This document shows positions 57,158 through 64,000 of a stretch of DNA of 64,000 nt, in pieces (position 1 is the stretch's first letter; every line of letters starts with the position of its first letter). The position numbers and the translations under genes are program-made. The stretch is from assembly GCA_965209095.1 (NCBI GenBank), contig OZ242381.1, forward strand, positions 4,126,630 through 4,190,629, read 5' to 3'. The notes below the pieces were generated by a model, which worked only from the letters and a program-made list of their open reading frames with translations, was not told the origin of the DNA and did not search any database. This DNA is from Candidatus Poribacteria bacterium. GTDB lineage: Bacteria; Poribacteria; WGA-4E; WGA-3G.

Positions 57158-57270
57158 AAAAAATTGCAATTTTGGGGGAAAAACGATAATTTAAAAAAAA
57201 GAGAAGAGGATTTAGGCAGAATTATAAAAAAGCACACCTACTAATAGGCGCACATTATGATTTACTGGTA

Positions 57271-57290
57271 GGCGCGCCTGGAAGCGCGCC
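57271..57290. other. GC-only stem-loop GGCGCGC-ctggaa-GCGCGCC in the intergenic region between ECF-fusion genes 3 and 2. A second copy at 60599..60618 is called as a terminator.
   Basis: A 7-bp all-GC stem in an AT-rich background, with no clear U-tract on either strand. Confidence 0.4.
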
Positions 57291-57330
57291 TAAAAAGAGT
57301 AATGTAAATTGCAAATCAACTATAAGCAGC

Positions 57331-60159
57331 TTACTTTTCAATTTGAATACGATGGACACCTGCTTGAGTGCCAGCGTAGAGGAAACCGTCCAATACCGCT
57401 AAGGATTGAACTGGTAAACTTAGCGAACCCAACTGTTCCCACTTCTCATCTTTATGGAGCCACTTGAAAACCCCATGCTGCGTTGTGCCGATGTAGAAGT
57501 CAGTGCCATCAATCTCTACAGTTTCGATTGATACCTGTTCTATACCACTGTTTAATTGAGTCCAAGTATTACCATCGTCTAATGACCGTATTAGTCCTTC
57601 TTGACCAGACAGTAAGTAAAGTTTATTGTCAATCTTTCTTGATGCTGCGAACCGCCTATGCGCCTTTTTACCCTTTATTTGTTCCCACTGCGCTTGGTGG
57701 CCTTGCAGACAGAAAAATTCGTTTCGCTGTGTCCTTGCATAGATATTAGCATCGCTTACCGTAATGTCAGTGATAAATTGACCATTTAATCCAAGATTTA
57801 GCCACGAGTCCCAACCTTCATTCCAAAGGAAAACACCTTGTCCTTGTGTGCCAACATAAAACGTCGTATCTACAATATGCATACTTTCTATCCCGTACGC
57901 TTCTCTATCAGTTGTAATTTCAATCAATGCGTTGTTCTGTTCATCTAATTGGAAAACACCACCAACGACTCCCCCATGACTGTTAGGAGCAAATCTTAAG
58001 GCACCAATGTACAATCTTCCATTCAAAGCAGAAATCTCTGCAAAGTGAAAATCATACGGTTTAGGCGAGTTCTCAATTTGTTCCCACTTATCTCCACCAT
58101 TTGTACTATATAGAAGTCTACCTTCTACAGTAAAAGCATAAATTCTGTCTCTCAAAACTTCCAAATCGACAACTGAAGTGCCCATTATTCCTTTATCTGC
58201 TTCCACCCACGAATTACCTCCATCTGTCGTGCGAAAAATGCTTCCTTCAAGTGTAGTGGCGAAAACTGTATCTGCACTAATTGCCACTAATTCCTTACTC
58301 ATTCCATCTGTTAGATCTTTGCCAACGGGTGTCCAAGAATCACCTTTGTCATTCGAACGGAAAACACTTCCACCAAAAGTACTGGCGTACAGTGTAGATT
58401 CAAAAACTGCCAACGCTTCAACGGTTCGTTTCATTTCTTTAGCGGTGATACGTGTCCAAGAATCACCTTCATCATCAGATCGAAATAAACCTTTGTCTTT
58501 ACCCATATATACACCAATATATAGTAAATCATCCATAGAAGCAATTGAGTCCACTCGAATTCCTGCAGGAAAGAGCGGTCTTGGAGGCGGATCAAATCCC
58601 GATTCAATTTGCGCTTTAATGAATGGTTCCTCGTCAATGGGTTGCGCACTAAATCCTGAATTGATTGGTTGCCACCTATCTTCAGTTGCTTTTTTGCGAA
58701 AAGCACCATCCTCTGTCCCAACAACAAGGGTGGTACCAATATTTGCAAATTCACGGATCCGTACATCTATCAGACCATCGTTCATTGGTGTCCAAGACTT
58801 CTCATCATCTGAATACCATACACCTCCCACATCCCCACGTCCTGGATATGTACTGATGTATATACGGTCACCAATAATTACGATACCAGAAATTGTGCTA
58901 TCCTGTGGATCGGTTGGAACATAATGCCATGTTTTCCCAGTATCGGTTGACTTATATAAATCCCCGATAACACTTGCGTAGAATGTATCCTCTTTTTGTG
59001 TAAATGCCAAAACATTTATTTCAAGATCTTCGTATATGTCAGGTACTTCCACATTCGCTGACACCCAAGAATCACCGAGATCAGTTGAACGAAAAATTCC
59101 GTGATTCATTGTCCCAGCTAAAAGTATTCCCTCAGAGGTCGCAAAAAGTGTACTGATATCTCCTCCATAAGGACCGTTGGTCTGACTCCATTGTGCTTTT
59201 GACGTTGAATTTTCTGCATCATCCGATTGTGCTGCTGCAAGCAGTGATGTACCCGGTTTCTGCTCTGTTCCATCATTGTTAATGAGAACATCAGAACGAC
59301 TAACCTGATTGTTTATTGCAGGTTTGACAGGGGATTGCAAGACTATTGGAGTATCTACGATTTCAATCGTTGGTTTTGATGTTGCCTCTATACTATACGG
59401 TTTCTGAAACCGAATTATATTTTGCGCACCAAAACCTATCAGTAAAACAACTAAAATGGTTGATGCAGCAGAAACTGCTAAAGGTACTAAAGGTTTACTT
59501 CCTGATGGCGTTACTGGGTTGAGCCGTGATATTTCCTTCATGATGTTTTCTGTCAATTGTGTTGGCAGTTGGCAACTGCTAAGGTTTTCTTGAATCATTG
59601 CTTCCTCCTTCTTTAACCGCTCTCTGGCTCGGTGAAGTCGACTTTTAACCGTGTTCGGAGATACCCCCAAAAACCTACCAATCTCTTCACACGTTAAGCC
59701 TGCAAGGTAATGCATCGTTACGACTGTCCGTTCACTCTCTCCAAGTTTACTGATCAGTTTTCGAACAATTGCTCTCCGATTTTGATTCGCTGCTTCTTCA
59801 CGTTGACGAGACGTATATTCGGAATAATACACCTCTTCTAATTCCATTGGGTCTGTCTCCTCCAGAGATTGTAATTGCGGTTTTTTCTTCCGGTGCCACA
59901 TGTTACACTTGTTACTGGTAATGACGTAGAGCCATCCCGCAAATCGGTTGTGATGTGTGAGGGTTGCGAGTTTTTGATACGCAGTGACGAAGGCATCTTG
60001 TGTTATCTCTTGTGCGATGTGGAAATCACCAATTTTCTGCCACGCCAAAGCGTGTATCTGTTCTTGGTATTTTTCTACAAGTGCAGCAAAGGCGTGTTGA
60101 TCACCTTCAAGTGTGCGTTCAATCAATTCAGCATCATTATGTTTCATGGAACACCTCAC
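57331..60159 (-). CDS. ECF sigma factor, TM helix and periplasmic BNR/Asp-box beta-propeller fusion (paralog 3, 942 aa).
   Basis: Sigma regions 2/4, TM helix and Asp-box motifs (STDLGDSW, STDTGKTW, SDDEGDSW, SNDKGDSW, TTDGGNSW, STNGGDKW, SLDDGNTW). The juxtamembrane segment is about 97% identical at DNA level to paralog 2. Confidence 0.8.
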   Translation of the reverse strand: MRCSMKHNDAELIERTLEGDQHAFAALVEKYQEQIHALAWQKIGDFHIAQEITQDAFVTAYQKLATLTHHNRFAGWLYVITSNKCNMWHRKKKPQLQSLEETDPMELEEVYYSEYTSRQREEAANQNRRAIVRKLISKLGESERTVVTMHYLAGLTCEEIGRFLGVSPNTVKSRLHRARERLKKEEAMIQENLSSCQLPTQLTENIMKEISRLNPVTPSGSKPLVPLAVSAASTILVVLLIGFGAQNIIRFQKPYSIEATSKPTIEIVDTPIVLQSPVKPAINNQVSRSDVLINNDGTEQKPGTSLLAAAQSDDAENSTSKAQWSQTNGPYGGDISTLFATSEGILLAGTMNHGIFRSTDLGDSWVSANVEVPDIYEDLEINVLAFTQKEDTFYASVIGDLYKSTDTGKTWHYVPTDPQDSTISGIVIIGDRIYISTYPGRGDVGGVWYSDDEKSWTPMNDGLIDVRIREFANIGTTLVVGTEDGAFRKKATEDRWQPINSGFSAQPIDEEPFIKAQIESGFDPPPRPLFPAGIRVDSIASMDDLLYIGVYMGKDKGLFRSDDEGDSWTRITAKEMKRTVEALAVFESTLYASTFGGSVFRSNDKGDSWTPVGKDLTDGMSKELVAISADTVFATTLEGSIFRTTDGGNSWVEADKGIMGTSVVDLEVLRDRIYAFTVEGRLLYSTNGGDKWEQIENSPKPYDFHFAEISALNGRLYIGALRFAPNSHGGVVGGVFQLDEQNNALIEITTDREAYGIESMHIVDTTFYVGTQGQGVFLWNEGWDSWLNLGLNGQFITDITVSDANIYARTQRNEFFCLQGHQAQWEQIKGKKAHRRFAASRKIDNKLYLLSGQEGLIRSLDDGNTWTQLNSGIEQVSIETVEIDGTDFYIGTTQHGVFKWLHKDEKWEQLGSLSLPVQSLAVLDGFLYAGTQAGVHRIQIEK

Positions 60160-60357
60160 AAATAGACTAATCTTTTAATATAAAGATGCTATTTGGTTTA
60201 TGAAGGTTGCATTTATCAGAAAAAGTACGGATTGAAAGAGAAAGACTAATTTTGTGCAGCTTCTCTCCGTGAAAATTATGATAAAATTTCTTTAATGGAA
60301 AGTTTTGCTTTAAAAGGGTAGCATATAGTTGGACAATTGCCAACTATAGTAAATCAG

Positions 60358-60545
60358 ATGGATATGTAAAGTTTTTGGCAAACATCTCACTGGTGATTGT
60401 AGTGCCAAATCAACGTCAAATGCGCGTATGGCATTTGTCGGGGTCTCTGTGCCCCGCAATTATTGGTAGATTAAAGGTAGCGGGGCACGGAGCCCCCGCA
60501 CTACAATGGATGGTCCGTAGTTTGTGCCAAAAGCTTTACACACCC
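60358..60545. repeat. Complete family-1 MITE-like element (188 bp) upstream of ECF-fusion paralog 3.
   Basis: Terminal repeats TGTAAAGTTTTTGGCAAACA and TGTGCCAAAAGCTTTACACACCC. Internal hairpin gggtctctgtgccccgc/gcggggcacggagcccc. ccaaatcaacgtcaaatgcgcgt motif present. Confidence 0.7.
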
Positions 60546-60588
60546 AATCAGATTTCATGCTTTTAAAGTGGTTGGAAATGATTCGTGC

Positions 60589-60618
60589 AAAGAAGAAAGG
60601 CGCGCTTGGAAGCGCGCC
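60589..60618 (-). terminator. Probable rho-independent terminator for the lipoprotein gene: GC stem-loop GGCGCGC-ttccaa-GCGCGCC followed by TTTCTTCTTT on the minus strand.
   Basis: A 7-bp GC stem followed by a T-rich tract, about 110 nt downstream of the stop of 60727..61455. Confidence 0.55.
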
Positions 60619-60726
60619 TATAATACCAAATTAACTTGATTCTAATCCAAGTGCCATTTAATAGATAATGCTTATACTTTGAATAGGAATTTGAGAGAAC
60701 CAGACTCATAATCCTGGTTCAGACAA

Positions 60727-61455
60727 TTAATGATCTTCTACTTCCTGCGATGGTAATACCTGCGATGGTATCGTAACTGTCTCACCTGTTGGGGTTCTAA
60801 TACTCGTGGTTGAACGTCTTTTTAGGATGCCAAACAACCTTTTTTCATAATAGGATAAATTCAATAGCGGGTGTTCCATTTCTGACAGTTCCCTATAGAA
60901 ATTTCTATCAATATATGTCAAGACCCCGTCCCAACGTACTGCAATTTTGGCATCTTCTGGTCTTTCTTTTAAAATTAATTCAAGCACACCGCTTGATCGT
61001 TGATATGTTGAAGTTCTTGCACGTGTATGTGTTGAATATCCATCAACATATACTATTGATTTAGACAATTCCCACATCTTGCCATTGGTAAGTTGATAAC
61101 TGGGTTCACCAAGTTTCTCAATACTCTTTTGGACAAGATTTAGTGCATTTGTAGTCGGTTTTTGCGTCATATAACCAGCTGCACGTAATTTATTATTTCT
61201 AAAAGTATACACAAGATAAACAGGAACTTGGTCAATTATAGATTTGTAAACAAGTAGATCCGGTGTTCGCATAAACACTGTTTTACCTTGTTCAATTAAC
61301 ATTACACGTTCCTGCGAGTACCCCCACCGTACCCCACGAAAATCATAATAGCCTTGCATATCTTCAGATACAATATTGTGAAAGGATGAACACCCTACGA
61401 AAAGTGTTGTAATAATAAGTATTCCAAAAAAGGAATTAAATTTTGTGATATTCAC
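60727..61455 (-). CDS. Hypothetical lipoprotein (242 aa).
   Basis: The N-terminus is a signal peptide with a lipobox-like LFVGCSS. No recognisable catalytic motif. The 3' end overlaps a fragment of the 24849-type MITE (aatcctggttcagacaa). Confidence 0.5.
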   Translation of the reverse strand: MNITKFNSFFGILIITTLFVGCSSFHNIVSEDMQGYYDFRGVRWGYSQERVMLIEQGKTVFMRTPDLLVYKSIIDQVPVYLVYTFRNNKLRAAGYMTQKPTTNALNLVQKSIEKLGEPSYQLTNGKMWELSKSIVYVDGYSTHTRARTSTYQRSSGVLELILKERPEDAKIAVRWDGVLTYIDRNFYRELSEMEHPLLNLSYYEKRLFGILKRRSTTSIRTPTGETVTIPSQVLPSQEVEDH

Positions 61456-61556
61456 TACGGTCTATCCTCCTTTATTATTTACATAATTTACTATAAGAAC
61501 GACTTGTGCCAGTTAACAATATGTTTATTATGTATTCACACATATTTGATTTGTCA

Positions 61557-61639
61557 TATAAACATATCGTCCCTACGGGACTAAAGAGGGTGTTAAAGAC
61601 GTTTTTCTATAAACATATCGTCCCTACGGGACTAAAGAG
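61557..61639. promoter_or_regulatory. Two direct copies of a 32-bp sequence (TATAAACATATCGTCCCTACGGGACTAAAGAG), each containing the palindrome GTCCCtacGGGAC, 51 bp apart and upstream of the lipoprotein gene.
   Basis: Perfect copies at 61557..61588 and 61608..61639. Palindrome-containing direct repeats are typical of dimeric regulator operators. Confidence 0.45.
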
Positions 61640-61756
61640 CGTTCAAAAAAATAGAAATACGGCCAAAACCATCTATTTATGTGAAACAATGTTTAACATA
61701 AAGTTATTTAGCACAACTCGTTATAAGAGAAAATGCGTAAGTCCTATTGTTATACT

Positions 61757-63949
61757 TTACTGCAAAATCAACATTTTGCGCAGGAACGACATATTGTCCG
61801 CCTGCAGTTGATAGAAATATATACCGCTTGCCACCTTTTCACCGAACTCGTTTGTGCCATCCCAATGTGCCGCACGTCCACGCGTTTGATATATACCTGC
61901 CGGTTGGTGCCCCAAATCAAGTTGGCGGACCACAGCACCACGTGCATCATAGATCGTAATCTGCACGTCACTGGCATCTGCTAAACGATACGGTATCCAC
62001 GTCTCCGGGTTGAACGGGTTCGGATAGTTTTGGAACAGTTGGGTACGCTTTATCTGACCGAGTGTGACAAGTTTCTTGCCGCGTGACTCAACGGAGAACG
62101 GCTCAGCCCCGGATCTGTAAACCCATAAGAGAACGGTGCCGTCCCAACTTCCACTTGCGAGGGTTCTTTCATCCGGACTGAACGCTACGCTTGCGACCCG
62201 CGCTGTATGTCCTTTGAGTATTCTCTTTTCTTCGCCGTTAGCAACATCCCACAGACAGATGGTATTGTCATAACTTCCACTTGCGAGTGTGTTTCCATCA
62301 GGACTGAAAGCAATGCTAAAGACCGCCTCTGAATGTCCTTTGAGTATTCCCTTTTCTTTGCCTGTATCAACATCCCACAGACGAATAGTACCGTCCCCAC
62401 TTCCACTTGCGAGCATCTTTCCATCAGGACTGAATGCTACACTATAGGCAGCCGCTTTAAGTATTCTCTTTTCTTTGCCTGTATCAACATCCCACAGACG
62501 AATAGTACCGTCCCCACTTCCACTTGCGAGTGTGTTCTCATCCGGACTGAACGCTACGCTATAGACCCAATATGTATGTTCTTTGAGTATTCTCTTTTCT
62601 TCTCCGGTATCAACATCCCACAGACGAATGGTGCCGTCCTGACTTCCACTTGCGAGGGTTCTTTCATCCGGACTGAACGCTACGCTTTTGACCGCCTCTG
62701 TATGTCCTCTGAGTATTCTCTTTTCTTTACCTATAGCAACATCCCACAGACGAATGGTACTGTCATAACTTCCACTTGCGAGCATCTTCCCATCCGGACT
62801 GAACGCTACGCTTGCGACCGGCCATGGCCGTATATGTTCTTTGAGTATTCTCTTTTCTTCGCCTGTATCAACATCCCACAGACGAATAGTGCCGTCCCCA
62901 CCTCCACTATGACTTCCACTTGCGAGCATCTTCCCATCCGGACTGAACGCTACGCTTTCAACAGGTGCTGTATGTCCTTTGAGTATTCTCTTTTCTTCGC
63001 CTGTATCAACATCCCACAGACTGACTCCACTTGCGATTGTTTTTCCATCCGGACTGAACGCTACATGGTCCCCCACTGTATTTCCATTGAGTATTCTCTT
63101 TTTTTCACCAGTATCAACATCCCACAGATGGATGGCGCCCCAACCTGCACTTGCGAGTGTTTTTTCATCCGGACTGAACGCTACGCTTTCAACAGACCAT
63201 GTATGTCTAAGTATTCCCTTTTCTTCGCCTGTAGCAATATCCCACAGACTGATGGTGTCGTCCCTGCTTCCACTTGCGAGTGTGTTCCCATCCGGACTGA
63301 ACGCTACGCTTGTGACATATCCTCTATGTCCTCTAAATATTTCCTTTTCTTCTCCAGTATCAACATCCCACAGACGGATAGTGATGTCATAACTTCCACT
63401 TGCGAGTGTTTTTCCATCCGGACTGAACGCTACGCTTGTGACAAGTTCTGTATGTCCATTGAGTATTCTCTTTTCTTCACCTGTAACCACATCCCAGAGG
63501 CGGATAGTGCTGTCTAAACTTCCACTTGCGAGGGTTTTTCCATCCGGACTGAACGCTACACTATAAACATTTGCTGTATGTCCTTTAAGTATTCTCTTTT
63601 CTTTTCCAGTGTCAACATCCCACAGGTGGACGGTGTTGTCTAAACTTCCACTTGCGAGGGTTTTTCCATCCGGACTGAACGCTACACTATAAACATTTGC
63701 TGTATGTCCAATATATAGGTCCAGTTCTTCACCTGTTAGTGCGTCATATATCCAAACACCGATGCTACTCGCCACTGCCAGTTTAGAGCCGTCTGGGGAA
63801 TATGCAATTTCACCGTTACCTCCTTTTCCAAACCGCACTTTCGCGCCTTCGGGTAACTCCCAACGTGTGTAGTCTTGAGCGAAGGCGTTTAATGTAAAAA
63901 TAAATATCGTTAAAAGAACAGTTGGAATGAAGAATGGTTTGTTTTTCAT
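61757..63949 (-). CDS. Secreted WD40-repeat beta-propeller protein with a T9SS-type C-terminal sorting domain (730 aa). It is highly repetitive internally.
   Basis: Signal peptide present. Fifteen or more WD units, several identical over 40 aa (GHTANVYSVAFSPDGKTLASGSLD.T..LWDV.TG.EKRILK). The C-terminus reads NYPNPFNPETWIPYRL....V.I.IYDARG..V..L.........WDG.N..GEKVASGIYFYQL. Confidence 0.8.
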   Translation of the reverse strand: MKNKPFFIPTVLLTIFIFTLNAFAQDYTRWELPEGAKVRFGKGGNGEIAYSPDGSKLAVASSIGVWIYDALTGEELDLYIGHTANVYSVAFSPDGKTLASGSLDNTVHLWDVDTGKEKRILKGHTANVYSVAFSPDGKTLASGSLDSTIRLWDVVTGEEKRILNGHTELVTSVAFSPDGKTLASGSYDITIRLWDVDTGEEKEIFRGHRGYVTSVAFSPDGNTLASGSRDDTISLWDIATGEEKGILRHTWSVESVAFSPDEKTLASAGWGAIHLWDVDTGEKKRILNGNTVGDHVAFSPDGKTIASGVSLWDVDTGEEKRILKGHTAPVESVAFSPDGKMLASGSHSGGGDGTIRLWDVDTGEEKRILKEHIRPWPVASVAFSPDGKMLASGSYDSTIRLWDVAIGKEKRILRGHTEAVKSVAFSPDERTLASGSQDGTIRLWDVDTGEEKRILKEHTYWVYSVAFSPDENTLASGSGDGTIRLWDVDTGKEKRILKAAAYSVAFSPDGKMLASGSGDGTIRLWDVDTGKEKGILKGHSEAVFSIAFSPDGNTLASGSYDNTICLWDVANGEEKRILKGHTARVASVAFSPDERTLASGSWDGTVLLWVYRSGAEPFSVESRGKKLVTLGQIKRTQLFQNYPNPFNPETWIPYRLADASDVQITIYDARGAVVRQLDLGHQPAGIYQTRGRAAHWDGTNEFGEKVASGIYFYQLQADNMSFLRKMLILQ

Positions 63950-64000
63950 GAGAAAGTTTCCTCCTAACGCAAAATTAACTTGATAATAGTATACGGTGTT

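Noticed and set aside
62333-63517. 394-aa plus-strand ORF (FEYSLFFACINIPQTN repeats) and the nested 137-aa ORF
   Set aside because: These are antisense to the well-supported WD40 gene 61757..63949. The long open frame is a by-product of the tandem-repeat DNA and the composition is repetitive nonsense. The same applies to antisense ORFs inside the other WD40 genes (35345..36359, 37335..38647).

Overview
The window is AT-rich (about 40% GC) and appears to come from an uncultured bacterium; I did not identify the lineage. Housekeeping genes sit beside a large accessory load. Selenocysteine synthase SelA overlaps a formylglycine-generating-enzyme-like gene. There is an ABC substrate-binding protein and an ABC ATPase but no permease. 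A single-chain UvrD-type helicase carries a PD-(D/E)xK nuclease domain. A homocysteine S-methyltransferase/MTHFR fusion sits in an operon with a 642-aa polytopic membrane protein, and a paralog of that membrane protein lies at the window start. A lipid cluster encodes acyl-CoA ligase, phytanoyl-CoA-dioxygenase-like enzyme, alkenal reductase and a 2-hydroxyacid dehydrogenase. Three large secreted WD40 beta-propeller proteins are present; one carries a T9SS-type (Por_Secre_tail) C-terminal domain, one has only an N-terminal transmembrane anchor and one an N-terminal signal peptide. A 1212-aa protein combines an HExxH metalloprotease motif, LVIVD repeats and a T9SS-type C-terminal domain. Three tandem paralogs fuse an ECF sigma factor to a TM helix and a periplasmic domain (two have BNR/Asp-box propellers). 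A secreted protein combines dockerin repeats, a planctomycete-type cytochrome-c-like domain (PSCyt1) and a PHM/DBH-like copper-monooxygenase signature. The region is saturated with MITE-like inverted-repeat elements and also holds a 34-bp tandem array, an intact ISAs1 element nested in an older ISAs1 remnant, and degraded IS630 and IS4 remnants. All calls rest on reading the six-frame translations and on motif recall; no database searches were run.
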